64,000 nucleotides of DNA, taken from the NCBI RefSeq assembly GCF_009914755.1, contig NC_060926.1. One strand, given 5' to 3'. Numbering within the stretch: the stretch's first letter is position 1; each line of letters begins with the position of its first letter. Of this stretch, positions 44,600 to 60,519 are shown one piece after another. Under the pieces are notes generated by a model. The model was not told the origin of the DNA. It saw only the letters and a list, made by a program, of their open reading frames with translations, and ran no database searches. A program made the position numbers and the translations under genes. The DNA is from the human T2T-CHM13v2.0 reference genome, Homo sapiens.

Positions 44600-45452
44600 A
44601 TGATGTAAAAATAGTGAGTAGAAGACTAGACTCAATGGTCATCTAGAGTCAATGATGAATAAATGCTGGAGCCTCCCTGGAATATTTTAGTGAAAGAAGT
44701 CCTAAGATCAGAGAAATATAAACGTTGGGATGCATCTATTACATATAATTCATTCAGCCACCCACTACACATGTCCCTGAGAAGAAACTCCCTTCACCTG
44801 AGCATTCAGAAATGTATTGGTTTGGAAAAACAACAGCATTTGCAATGGCTGTTCTTTGCATGCTGAGATGATAGTAGGAGATAATGCATTGGCACTGGAG
44901 TCCTAGATTTCAATGGAATAATGGGATCACAGAGTGGTAGAGGCCACATGTCACTGCTTAACCAGCAGAAACAAGATGAGTGCAATTATCTTAATAAGCT
45001 GCAATGATGGAGTGGTAATCAGAGTGTTTGACCCACAGGGACTTGTGGCAATGACTCATTGATCATGGAATCCCTACAGATGAAAATGGATGTGCAGTTT
45101 AGTGAGGTGTTGCTTCTCATGTGTGGAAAAAGTCTATGTTTAGTGGGCAGAAATCTGACTTGAGTTGCCAAAGTGAGCATTAACGGCCTCATATTCAATT
45201 CCTAGACCTAATCCAACTCACAGATCCAGAGTCCCTTATTGAGAGTGGGGCAGCAGATCCCTTGAGGAAGTAACCTGCAATGCTGATATAAGGATATATG
45301 GTGAATCTGCCTCTGTATTTTCTTTACTCTGGGAAGTGGGATTGCTATACTACAACATGTGGCATGTGCTTAAATGTTTCCATGAATATGTGGTGCTGTC
45401 TTTCTCATAGCCAAAATGTGTGCTTCCAGGAGCCAAGGAGCAGAAGTGGAAA

Positions 45453-45490
<38 letters not shown>

Positions 45491-45978
45491 CCTAATAAAG
45501 TCATTTGAAAAATTTTTGTTCATGATCCATAAACTTGAGCTGGGTAGCTTTGGAGGTCCCAATCCTTATGAAATAAATACTTCTTCCAGGCACCACAGTC
45601 ATGGTTTCGTTAAGTTAGAAAAAGATTTCTCACTGGCATTTTGGCAAAGAGTGTGTTCACTTTAGTATCAGGGAAGATTGGTCCCGGTTACCCAGAGAAA
45701 ATCAGGTTGCTGCTGCACAAGAGAGGGAAAAGAGCATCATGTCTGCAACTTAGATGATTCACTGGGATACTTTATGATCCTTCCATGTCCAATAATACTG
45801 TTCAATGGGAAATTGTGGCAATTCAGTAAAGAAAACAATACTAAGAACACAGATTATGTCGGAGTTAAGGGTTGGGTCCTCCATCAGGAAAATTCTGGAG
45901 TAGTCCAGTTGCTGGCAGAAGGAACAATGGTGGCAAATGAAGGAAGCCGTGATTATCAACTTTGTCACAAGGCTCTGG
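44600..45978 (+). mobile_element. Degenerate ERVL-class internal sequence (gag-like, then pol/dUTPase-end-like) with a large internal deletion
   Basis: Resembles ERVL internal consensus (atgggatcacagagtggtagaggccacatg..., cacagatccagagtccctt..., tccatgtccaataatactgttcaatgggaaattg). No ORF survives. (CT)n at 45458-45487. Confidence 0.7.
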
Positions 45979-45993
45979 CAGCAGCTATATTTT

Positions 45994-46490
45994 TTAAAAT
46001 TTATTTTTTAGTTTTTAGTTTTTAAAATTTAATTTAATTTAATTTTAAGTTCCAGGATACACTTGCAGGACGTGCAAGTGTGTTACATGGGTAGATGTAT
46101 GCCTTGGTGGTTTGCTGCACCTATCAACCCGTCACTTAGGTATTAAGCCCTGCATGCATTAGCTATTTATCCTGGTGCTCTCCTTCTCCCCACAACCCTC
46201 CCACCCTGACAGGACCCAGTGTGTGTTGTTCCCCTCCCTGTGTCCATGTCTTCTCATTGTTCAGTTCCCACTTGTAAGTGAGAATATGCAGTGTTTGGTT
46301 TTCTGTTCTTGCATTAGTTTGCTGAGGATAATGGCTTCCAGCTCCATCCATGTCCCTGCAAAAGATGTGATCTCATTCCTTTTTATGGCTGGATAGTATT
46401 CCATGTGTATGTGTACCACATTTTCTTTATCCAGTCTATCATTGATGGGCATTTGGGTTGATTCCATGTCTTTGCTATTGTGAATAGTGC
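45994..46490 (-). mobile_element. L1PA (about PA8-PA11) 3' end, 5'-truncated
   Basis: ttttaagttccaggatacacttgcaggacgtgc...; perfect 15-bp TSD cagcagctatatttt at 45979 and 46491. Confidence 0.93.
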
Positions 46491-46704
46491 CAGCAGCTAT
46501 ATTTTATATTAATTATTTGTTTATCCCCAACTTTTTCTCTACTGCTATATAAGTTTTAGGTTTTTGTTGGGCATATGGCTGAATTGACATAATCCTCTAA
46601 TAGTATGGCAATAGATAGGACTTTGTGTGTGGGTCCCCTATGTTAATGAAATGTTTTTCATTTGCACAAAGGACAATAGTGGATGGTGAAGGTCAAACAA
46701 GAAG

Positions 46705-47150
46705 ACCTATCCAGTAGGATATTATTTGTCCCTTCATACTCGCTCTTCACCCTTTTTCACCCGCCTTTGTGTCCCAGAAGGCTAAACTCAGTGGGTTGCA
46801 TGAATAAGGCTCACTCTCTTGCTATGTGACTTCTGGTTGGATTCAGCCAATTTATGGCCAGGAGGAGAGAGGCTGGGAAAATATTCACTTCCCCTGTTCC
46901 TTCCTTGCTGATTGTGAACAATGGATATATTCCTCTCTACAGTGTCATGTAGAGGGAGAACTTCTCTTAAAGCAATTGTTCTTTTGGAATTCTAGTAGCC
47001 ACTTCTTTCTTTTAACAATTTAGTCTCAGGGCTTTGGACTATTATGACTCTACAAATGTTTCTCTATCCTTTGTGGGAAACTTGCTCATATATTTGTAAA
47101 TAATCCCTGTCAAACTCTCTTCAGTTACTCTTTGTAATGTAACTGATGCA
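46705..47150 (+). mobile_element. LTR33-like ERVL LTR, probably the 3' LTR of the upstream internal remnant
   Basis: ctttgtgtcccagaaggctaa...cttctggttggattcagccaat...tttgtaaataatccctgtcaaactctcttc...ctgatgca follows the LTR33 layout. Confidence 0.7.
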
Positions 47151-47214
47151 TACAACTAGAATCAATCTTAATTAAACTTTTCAGAATTTTTCTGGTAAAG
47201 GGTACACATAATAA

Positions 47215-47549
<335 letters not shown>

Positions 47550-47567
47550 GATAGGAAACTTTTAAAC

Positions 47568-48044
47568 TGTAGCAGGCTGACTAATGCCCCCCCCAAAGAT
47601 GTTCACATCCTAATTATTGGAACCTGTGAATATGTTACATTATATGCAAAGGAAGGATGATTGAGTTAAAAATCTTGAGACAGGGATATTATCTTGGAAT
47701 ATCTGGTGGACCCAATGTAATCACGAGGTTTCTTGTAGAAAGAAGGCAGAAGGGCAGAAAAGATGAGTCTGTGGAAGCAGAAATTAGGGTGATGTACTTT
47801 GAAGATGGAGGTACGGCCCATGAATCAAGGAGTGCAGGCAGCCTCTAGAAGTGAGAAAAAGAAAGGAAATGGGGTTCCCCCTGGAGCTTCCAGAAGGAAC
47901 CAACCAGCCCTGATGACATTTTGATTTTAGCCCAGTGAGGCTGATTTTGGACTTCTGACCTCCAGAACTTTAAGATGACAAATTGGCATTACGTGAAGCC
48001 ATTAAGGGTGTAGCAGTTTGTTACAGGAGCAGTAGGACCACACA
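47568..48044 (+). mobile_element. MLT1D MaLR solo LTR
   Basis: tgtagcaggctgactaatgcccc...ggaacctgtgaatatgttac...gacttctgacctccagaact...tttgttacaggagcagtagga. Confidence 0.9.
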
Positions 48045-48299
48045 GTGGCAAAATGCAAAGCTGTAAAGGAAATGGGTGAGAGGCCTTGCTTGGCTGTTTA
48101 AGTTGGCAGAAAAGTGACCGATTAATTTCACTGCCCACAAATACAAGGGTGTACATATCATTTAAAACTACAAAATCTCTACCTTGAAAGATGAAATTTG
48201 AGCATTCACTTATAATTAAGGATAGGAATTGAGAATTGCTCTATTGCCACTTCTCTGAAAGATGAGTGTAAGCTGTCTGTGCTATAAAAAGCTTAAAAA

Positions 48300-48608
48300 G
48301 GCCGCACGCGGTAGCTCATGCCTGTAATCCCAGCCCTTTGGGAGGCTGAGGTGGGCAGATCATGAGGTCAGGAGATCGAGACCATCCTGGCTAACATGGT
48401 GAAACCCCGTCTCTACTAAAAAATACAAAAAAATTAGCTGGGCGTGGTGGCGGGTGCTTGTAGTCCCAGCTACTCGGGAGGCTGAGGCAGGAGAATGGCG
48501 TGAACCCAGGAGGTAGAGCTTGTAGTGAGCCAAGATCGCGCCCCTGCACTCAAACCTGGGTGATAGAGCAAGACTCTGTCTCGGGGAAAAAAAAAAAAAA
48601 AAAAAAAA
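48300..48608 (+). mobile_element. AluY
   Basis: gagatcgagaccatcctggctaac and gagaatggcgtgaaccc; poly-A; TSD aaaaagcttaaaaa. Confidence 0.97.
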
Positions 48609-49659
48609 GCTTAAAAAAAGGGCTGCTCTGATTCATAGAAAATAGTGTGGTCCACTAGGGGAAGGGTGTCCTCTTTTTTGCTTTTTTAATTTTTTATTGA
48701 TTTTATATTTTTTAAAATCAATCCTTACTTCTCCCAAAAGATTAGTCAGTTTCAAGAAGTCAAAACCGATTCTAAGACAGAACCCTAAGGCCATCCCTGG
48801 GCAAATATCTGTCATTTTACTTCTCCCATTTTGCAGCTGTTTTTGCAGTTGGAAACCTTCTTTTCTGCCACAAAACAGACAGCTCCCTGGATTTTGTCTT
48901 GGCCTAGGAATATTTAGGTGGGTGGCTAAATCTTGGGACAAATACTCTTACTTTTGCTTTCAGAAAAGAAAGCGGGGCTCTGAACCAGCTGGTGTACTCA
49001 GGGGTAAAATCTGAGATGTTAGTATGGGTTTAGAAAAAATTGTAGGTCACTCAGTATGCTTTGTTTATGCCTCTATTTTGCTTTTAACTAGGACAAAGGA
49101 GTTTTTTTTACTGGTCCAGTCAACTACAGTTCTGGTTCTGCTTAGGTATTGCGACCAAAGTCCAAGTTAATAATGATGGTTAATTTGCCTTGCTCTGACA
49201 TTTTTATTTATACTTATTTTCCACGGGGATTTTGTGGAGATGAGAGGTGGCTTGGCCAAGACAAGATGTATGTATACTGTCTCTTAATACTGTTTCTTGA
49301 AAGCCCTCCTCCCCACAACATCTAGAGATGGTATACAAAATAAAAGTTTTACTTTATCCTTAGTATCTAACGGGAGTACTATGGACTTGATTCTAGCTTG
49401 CCCATTTTAAGAAAGAGATAATGAAAGAGAAACCATGTGCACAAACATGGGATAACTTTCAAATTTGCAAATCGAGTCATTTATTGAAAATAGTCCCATA
49501 GACGTGAATGGGGCTTTAGTTGGTTTACCACTTAAATATGCTTCTAAGATTAATTCATAATGAATAGGTATTTCTAATCATTATTTCCTTTATATAAAAT
49601 TATGAGATGTAGATATATAAACATCTAGATACATTTGATAGCTTCTCATTCATATTTAG

Positions 49660-49968
<309 letters not shown>

Positions 49969-50117
49969 CAAAACTTTTCTTAAAGTTAAAACTCCTCTGC
50001 TCTCAGCCTATTGGAATTGAACACAAAAATCTAGGGTGACATTTAATAAATGCAAGCCGCACCCTTGCCCCAAGGTTATGTTTTGCTTTGTTATTCAATT
50101 TAGTAACCCCTGATAAT

Positions 50118-50992
50118 TTCTTTCTTTTAGTCTTTGTGGGCACATAGCAGCTCTATATATTTATGGGATTGAGGTATCAAAATAGTCACATCAAAATATC
50201 AAAATAATCACATCAGGGTAAATGGGGTACCCATTACTTCAAGCATTTATCCTTTTTGTTACAAACAATCCAATTATACTCTTTTACTTATTTTAAAATG
50301 TACAATTAAATTATCATTGACTATAGTCACCCTGTTGTACTATCAAATACTAGATCTCATTCTTTCTTTCTATGTTTTTGTATGCATTAACCATCCCTAC
50401 TCCCTGCCCTCACTACCCTTCCCAGCCTCTGGTAACCATCCTTCTACTCTCTTATGTCTGTGAGTTCAATTGTTTTCATTTTTAGCTCCCACAAATAAGT
50501 GAGAACATGTGAAGCTTGTCTTTCTGTGCCTGGCTTATTTCACTTAACATAATGGCCTCTAGTTCCATTCATGTTGTTGCAAATAACAGGGTGTTGTTCT
50601 TTTTTATGGCGGAATAGTACTCCATTGTGTATATGTACCACATTTTCTTTATCTGTTTGTTGATGGACACTTAGGTTGTTTACAAATCTTGGCTATTGTG
50701 AATAGTGCTGCAGTAGACATGGGAGTGCAAATATGTCTTTGATATACTGATTTATTTGGGTATATACCTAGCACTGGGATTACTGGATTGTATAGTGGTT
50801 CTATTTTTAGTTTTTTGAGAAACCTCCAAACTATCCTCCATAGTGTTTGTGCTAATTTACATTTCCACCAACAGTGGACAAGGGTTCCCTTTTCTCCACA
50901 TCCTCACCAGCATTTGTTATTGCCTATCTGTTGGATAAAAACCATTTTAACTGGGGTGAGATGATATCTCACTGTAGTTTTGATTTGCATTT
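50118..50992 (-). mobile_element. L1MA (MA2/MA3-like) 3' end
   Basis: tttgtgggcacatagcag...ttacaaacaatccaattatactctttta...; continues into antisense ORF2 C-terminus. Confidence 0.88.
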
Positions 50993-51304
50993 GAAATTTA
51001 CTTCTCGAAAACTTTTTCAAGGAAGGATTTTCCCACCCCAAACCTCAGGGTTTTCAGCACAAACATTTCATTAAATTTTAGCCTTTTTATTTTTTAAAAA
51101 CAAAAGTTATATTTCTGCCCTACTTGGTGGCAGAAACTATGGTGAAGATTGTGACTTCTACATGTGAACTTAGGAGTACCTTTTCTTCTCCACTTGGTGG
51201 CAAAAGTTATGTGAAGAGGAAATGACTTCTACATTTTGGCTTGCTCACAATGGTCTTTTTCCCAGACAAAGGAAACAATTTGTCAAATTTAAAGAAGGTG
51301 ACTT

Positions 51305-52850
<1,546 letters not shown>

Positions 52851-53207
52851 TCTGTTTTTAACACTTATCCAGACAAGCTTTTTATGTAGACTAATTATAA
52901 AGTAACAGTGCTATTTATAAGCTTAATTTAAAAAAAACCCACTCAAAGATTCCAGTTCTGGGTAAAATGGGGTAAGTACACTCCAATCTGTCATTCTCAC
53001 TGAATGCATCTATAAAACCTAATCAGAATGATGGAACAGTTATTTGAGGACTCTTGAGTAGAATTTGAAGTATCACTGAATGGATAGCGCATTTACCATT
53101 TTCTGGTGTCTACCCCAGCCTGGGTTCAAGTAGTGCAAAATATGGAAGTAAGCATCAACACAGAGAGACAACTTGGAGAAAAGCCTTTTAGTTCTTGTTC
53201 CATGAGC

Positions 53208-54254
53208 TGTTGCAGGAAGTCAGGGACCCTGAACGGAGGGACTGGCTGAAGCCATGGCAGAAGAACATAAATTGTGAAGATTTCATGGACATTTATTAGT
53301 TCCCCAAATTAATACTTTTATAATTTCTTATGCCTGTCTTTACTGCAGTCTCTGAACATAAATTGTGAAGATTTCATGGACACTTATTACTTCCCCAATC
53401 AATACTCTTGTGATTTCCTATGCCTGTCTTTACTTTAATCTCTTAATCCTGTCATCTTCGTAAGCTGAAGATGAATGTCGCCTCAGGACCCTGTGATGAT
53501 TGCGTTAACTGCACAAATTGTTTAAACAATATGAAATCTGGACACCTTGAAAAAAGAACAGGATAACAGTGATGTTCAGGGAACAAGGGAGATAAGCTTA
53601 AAGTCTGGCTGCCGGTGGGTCGGGCGGAACAGAGCCGTATTTCTTTTCTTTCAAAAGCAAATAGGAGAAATATCACTGAATTCTTTTTCTCAGCAAGGAA
53701 CGTCACTGAGAAGGAGTATGCATTCCCAAGGGGAGGTCTCTATAATGGCCGCTTAGGGCCATTTATGGTTGTCGATAAGGGATGAAACAAACCCTGGTCT
53801 CCCGTAGGGCTCCCAGGCTTATTAGGATGAGGAAATTCCTGCCTGATAAATTTTGGTCAGACCGGTTGTCTGCTCTCAAACCCTGTCTCCTGATAAGACG
53901 TTATCAATGACAATGCGTGCCTGAAGATCATTAGCAATTTTAATTTCGTCCTCTTCCTGTGATCTCGCCCTGCTTCCATTTGCCTTGTGATATTTTATTA
54001 CTGTGTGAAGCATGTGATCTCTGTGACCCACACCCTATTCGTACATTCCCCTTTTGAAAATCCCTAATTAAAAACTTGCCGGTTTTGCAGCTTGGGGGGT
54101 ATCACGGAACCTGCCTACACGTGACGTCTCCCCTGGACACCCAGCTTTAAAATTTCTCTTTTTTACTCTTTCCCTTTATTTCTCAGACTGGCCGACACTT
54201 AGGGAAAATAGAAAAGGACCCACGTTGAATACTGGGGGCTGGTTTCCCCCGATA
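53208..54254 (+). mobile_element. MER11 (HERV-K11/HML-8) solo LTR
   Basis: tgttgcaggaagtcagggaccctgaacggaggga start; internal repeat gaacataaattgtgaagatttcatggaca twice; end ggtttcccccgata; perfect 6-bp TSD atgagc (53202-53207, 54255-54260). Confidence 0.96.
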
Positions 54255-57200
54255 ATGAGCAGTAGTATACAGAACTTCTGGTAGCAACAGTTGTGGCAGC
54301 AGGAACCTATAATGTGCTTTAAACTTTGAGAAATAAGGACATCTAATGGTTTTTTTTTTTCTTTCTATGTACTCCTTTTGCTTGGTCCTGGATGCATATG
54401 CATTCATGGGAAGTGTGTGTCAGGATAGCATAGCTAAAGACCATGCTTTCTGGGGAACTGAAAAGGAAACCAGAAAGGGAGATAATGGAGGCATAGGAAC
54501 TTGAGAAACCAATTCCATAAAATTGTTTATAAACTCCTGGATTCACCCTTGAGCTGCAAGTGCATGGATCTAATCCTAAACATATACCATGTATTTTGAG
54601 AATGAAACTTTGAGATGGGCTTCAGCCCACTTCCTGGACTACCCACTGGGTGACAAACACACAAGGCAGATGTGAATAGCACTGTAAAGGCATTGAATAC
54701 TGAAATGTACATCGAAACCACAACCACAGAAGGCTGGTCAGGATGCGGGAACGGAATCCAACTGGGCTGATTGCTAAAGCAAAATATCAACATTTTCTAT
54801 AGGGTTTAAACAGGACTCATTGTCTCATAAGAAAGTATTCAAAGCATCCAGAAGACAATACGTAGTTAATTGACAAGCAAGAACCAAGGAAAACCTCAAC
54901 TCATATTGGTAAAGACAAAAAATAAACTCCGATATTGAACTGTTGGAATTATCTGACAAAGATTTAAGCAGTTATTGTAAAAATGTTCGAAGTATGCACA
55001 CTCTTGAAACAAATGTAAAGAAAATCTAAGCAAATAATTAAAAGATATAAAGAAGTATTAAGTGGAAATTCTATAACTAAAAATATAACTTCTACACTCT
55101 CCAAAAATAAGCAAACAAAAAGAAAAACTCTAAGCAAACAAACACAACCTTTACTACTGGATGGACGCAGTAGTATATTGGAGATGAAAGAGAAAAGAGT
55201 CAATGAATCTGAGGATAAATTAATGGAAGTTAATCCAAAGAACAGAGAAAAAAGAGACAAAATAAACAGCTTTAGAAACTTCTTGGGCTATACCAACAGG
55301 TCTAATTTTCATGGCATGGGAGTCCCAGAAGGTCACAATAAGAGTGTAGTACAGAAAAAAAAAAAATGAAGAAATAATAGCTGAAAATTTCTCAAATATG
55401 ATGAAAGATATAAACCTACAAATTCAAGAAGTTTGGTAGGCCCTAAAAGGATAAACACTTAAATCCCAACTCAGAAATGTCATAATCAAATTACAAACAC
55501 TAACAACAAAGAAAAAAACCTTAAAAACAACCAGAAAAAAATACGTTTTTAATAGGATATTCAAATAACTGCAGTTTTCTCACCCAAAATCATGGAGGCC
55601 AAGTGGTAAAATATTGAGTCTAAGCAGTTAAAAGTTAAATATGTATTATAATGCCTAGAGCAACCACTAAACACCAAACAAGCAAAACATACAAAGAGTA
55701 ATAGTTCAAAAAATCAATTTCAGTGAAATACTAAAAAATCAAATAATAATTAAGAAAACAGAAAAAGGACAACTGAGAATTAAAAAAACAGAGGGAAGAA
55801 AACAGAAAGCAAATAATATAATGGTAGAACCTAAACCTAAATATATCAATAATAAATGTAAAAGCTCTCATATCAATTAAAAGACAGATTTTCAGAATTA
55901 ATTAAAAATGACACAAATATGTGTTGCATATGAAAAACTCATGTCAAATATAATAATATTGGTATGAGAAAAATAAGAGGGTAAAAACAGATACACTATG
56001 CAAACACTAATCAAAAGAAAGAAACCAGGAGTTACTATGTTAATGTCACAAAAAGTAGACTTCAGGGCAAAGAAAATTATCTAGAATAAAGAGGCACAGT
56101 GCATGATTATAGAGGGGTAAATCAACATAGAAGACACAACCATCTTAAAATGTGTCGGCAAACAACAGCACTTCAAAAGATAAAGTAAAATTGACAGAAC
56201 TGAAAGAGAGATAGACAGATCCACACTTGTAGTGGAGTCTCCAACACTCCTTTCTTAGAATCAGAAGTAGTGATAGAATCAGCAACACTAATAGAATCAG
56301 CAAGGATTTTTATCATGAATTAACTGGATCTAATTGAAATAAACAGAGCACTCCCCCAAACAACAGAAGAGCACAGTTTCTCTTCAAGTATAACATACAA
56401 AATTCACAAAGATAGGCATATCCCGAGTCATAAAACAAACTTTAACAAATTTGAACTAATTGAAATCACACAAAGTATGTTCTCTGAAAACAATGGAATT
56501 AAATTAGAAAATTAATAACATAAAAATAACAAGAAAATCTCAACACTTGGAAATTAAACACTACATGCCCATAAAATCTTTTTGTTGAAGAGAAAGTCTC
56601 AAGAGAAATTTGTAAATATTTTGAACTCAAGGAAAATAAATATATCATGTTGAAATGTGTGGGATGCACTTAATGCAATGCTCAGAGGAAGATTTATAGC
56701 ATTAAATGCTTATATTGGAAAACAAAGGTTTCAAATCAACAACATGAGTTTCCATCTTAAGAAAATAGAAAAAGTACAAAGTAGACTGGACCAAATAGAA
56801 ATAAAAAGCAATAAATATAAGAGCACAAATCAATGAAACTGAAAACAGAAAACAGAAAAATCAATAAAACCAAAAGGCAAAATTATCAAAATGATAAGTA
56901 AAACTAATATACCTTTGGCAGAAAAAGAGGGCAGATACAGTGATCAATATCAAGGATAAAAAATGGGTATCACCCCATTCTCTGTAGATATAAAAAGGAT
57001 AAAATGGATATTATGAATAAATCTATGTATAATACATAATTCAGTAGGTTAGGTGAAATGAACGATTATTCCAAAACCAAAAACCTCTAAAAACTCTTTT
57101 AGGGTGAAATAGATAACCTTAATAGTTTAGTAATGATTAAACTTCCTAACCCATTATTGAAATCTTGTGAAAAAGAAATTTCCGGGACTAGATGACCTTA

Positions 57201-58140
57201 GTGCTAAAATTTACCATACATGTAAAGAAGAAATAAACTCAAGTCTACACCATCTGTTGAAAAGGAGAGAACATTTCCTACATCATTTTATGAGATGAGC
57301 ATTACTGTGACAAGAAGAAAATACCCCAGAACTTCAGATCAATATCACTCATGAACATAAATGCAGAATCATCAAAATACTAGCAAATCGAATCTGGCAA
57401 TGTATAAAAGAATAGTATAATGTGACCAAGTAGTATTCATCTAATGAGTGAAAGGTTGGCTTAGTATTTGACAATCAATCAATAAAATATAACTGATAGT
57501 CTAAAGAAGAAAAATTATGTAATATCAATACAAAAAAGTATTTAAAAATATTTAATATTCATACATAATGAAAACTCTCAGCAAATTAGGAATTGAAGGA
57601 AAGTTCTTCAGCCTGATAAAGGACATCTACAAGCTAATATAATACTTAATAGTGAAAGATAGTAATATACATTAATTAGAATGGCTATATTGACAATATC
57701 AAGTGCTGACAAGGAAGTGGAGCAACTGGAACACTCATACATCACTGATGGCAATACCAAATATGACAGCCATTTTGAAAACAGTTTGGCAGTTTATTGT
57801 AAAGCTAAACATGTCCTTATTACATGACCCAGCAATTCCTCTCATGGTATTTTTTTTTTTTTTTTTTTTTAGTAAAGTGAAAACCTGTGTTTTCACAAAA
57901 CCTGTACGTGAATGTTTATAGCATCTTTAATTACATTGGCCCCAAATTGGAAATAACCCAGTGTTTTTCAATAAGTGAATGGAAAAACAAATCATGGTAT
58001 AACTATACAGTGAAATATTATTCAGTAACACAAAGAAATAAATTATTGATAACAGAACAATTTGGATAATTCTCATAAGTATTATGCCATGTTAAAAAAT
58101 TCAGTCTCAACAGTTTACATATTGTTTGATTCCGTCTACA

Positions 58141-58224
58141 TGACATTCTCAAAAAGCAAAAGAATAATAACAACAGAACTGTGTGACATTCTCAAAAAGC
58201 AAAAGAATAACAAGAACAGAACTG
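58141..58224 (+). repeat. 43-bp tandem duplication
   Basis: tgacattctcaaaaagcaaaagaataa...aacagaactg at 58141 and 58184. Confidence 0.95.
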
Positions 58225-60519
58225 CAGTTATCGGGGATTAGGAGTCAAGGGGAGGGGACTACAAAGAGGAAGCATGGGAGTTTTTTTAAGAGTTGGAACT
58301 GTTCTGTATCCTGATTGTGATGGTGTTTACACTAATCTGTTCATGTCTTAATATTCATAGCAATATACATCTCCAAAAAGTCAATTTTAATTTATATTAA
58401 TTTAAAAAATGAAATAGAGCCAAAAATAAGCACACAAAGTAATAGTCTTAAAAATCAAATGATAGATTGATTTTTTCATCAAGTTGCTGAAATCATAGCA
58501 TTGGTAGGCAACTCTTCAAATTAACGTAAAATTTTACACAATTTTAAGTGGAACAATAAAAATAAAAAGGGGATTTGACCAAATTGAAAAAAATAATTTG
58601 TCAAATCCCAGTACATGAGACACAATGTAGTACTATTCCACCATTTAAAAAAAAAAGTTAGAGTTGTTTGCAGAATTTATTGTGCTCTTTGTTAGTTTTT
58701 TTGTGTACTTTTGCTACTAAAAAATTTCTTCAGGTTTTCCTTGTGAATCCATTAAACATTTCCATTTTATCTTGCTTAAAGTCTACTATATTTTTGGAAG
58801 TATATAAATATACTAGTTAACATATGAAATAAAGCAGTTGGCAGTGTTTCTTTGACTAATTTGTTGTTTTCTATTAAAAAAGAGAAAATGAGCGAAACAA
58901 TGCAACAAGGTACGCAATTACATGACCCTTGTCCTCCTGTCTCTAGCAAAGAAAAATATTAAGTTTGTTGCATTTTATTTTCTGTAAAGGTATTAGGCCT
59001 TTGCCTCAAAGGTGTATGGTCAGAATAACAAGACATCCTCTTTTGACTTAGCTCTGACCTTCTCTGCATTCTACTCATCCTTTACGGCAAGTCAGCTAAA
59101 TACACTGCTGGATATTGTTCCCCTTTAGGAAATTCTTCCTGGAATCCTGTAGTAAACTTTCAGAGGAAAAAGGCAAATAAAGTTAAATTTCCTTGAGGAA
59201 TGCTGAATATAAAAAAAAAGTTAGTATCACTTTTGACTTTTTTCCCAGAAGTTTATCATCAACTGATGTAGACAGATTATGCTGTCTTGATTTAAATTGT
59301 CAATTGTCTTCAATTATTCCTAGTTTGAGCTGAATAGTTTTAACCAGACTCCTTTAAAACAGAAAGAATGCTCTTATCTCAAGAAGAACTAATTCTAATA
59401 CCCTTTTAGTTTATTGTCTTTATAGCTGAATTATCAAAGTAATTAGTGATCATAAGTGATTTGATAGTTTATCATGTGATGTTAATAAAAAATAAGCGAA
59501 AATGTGAGAGAATAACTTATCTGCCGTTGAGTAGCAATATTTTTGTGCTGTGGTTACAATGTTAAGCAAACTAAAATAAGCAAATCTTCATGCCAGGGTC
59601 TTAGTTAATGTCATTTTGCTTGGCTGAGAAAATCTGAAACTTCTCTGAGCAGACATATTTTAAGAGAGCATTAGGACATGCATATTTTAGGATGCTAATA
59701 GAGCCTCTCACCCTTTTTGGTTTTAGCTGCCAGAAATTATGATTCATAGTTCTTGATAGCATAGAATAGAAAACATTGTAAAGGGAAAGAAATTCTAACA
59801 GATTGCTCAGGAATGATTTCGGAGTGTCAGTTAATCAAACATTTCTCTTTCATCCCTTTAGGAAAATGCACACTTCTGTTTTGAAAAATAGATCTAGAAA
59901 AATCTTTACTTTTGCTTTGGAATGGCCCATAATTATTGATGAACTCTTACTGGTATTAGAAAACTGATTGGTGAAAGAATATATAGCATAATAATAACTT
60001 GTAACAGCAAAAATGACACAGCTGAAAAGTTGCCCGTGAAGACTGTTTCAAAAGAACAAAGGATGTGCTTTGTCATTGCTGTTTTTAAGATTCTGAAGAA
60101 TATAGTGATATTATTATATTGTATTACTCTATTTGTGCTATTGTTCTGGAAAGAAAGTTTAGCCACTTAAAGAAGTACCTTTAATAGATTTTTAAAAATT
60201 ATTAGAACGTAGAATTTTAAAATTCACGATAACATTCTGAAGCAGTTGTATTATTCTAGAAAGCTCTGGCATAATTTAGATTTAAGGTTGAATAGGAGTT
60301 ACTTTTTATCATTATAGTTAATGGGCAAAGTATTCTGCACTGAATAACAACTCTTGTAGAAATCCAAACGTATACATGGCTTTGATTGTGATAATACATT
60401 TTCTGATGATGCTGGTTCTTGATTAATGTTGACTTTCCCACTTGTGACATGGTTTTCTCTCAAATTCTAGTTGTCTCAGCTAGAATTACCTGTTTAGCTC
60501 AATAGATTTCTACATCCTG

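Larger units (their letters stand above)
52945..58415 (+). mobile_element. Ancient, internally deleted L1 (L1MC/MD-like), host of the MER11 LTR
   Basis: 5' region, ORF1-like 54900-55620, ORF2-like 55850-57660, and 3' UTR ending ggaactgttctgtatcctgattgtgatggtg...aaagtcaattttaa. No intact ORF. Confidence 0.82.
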
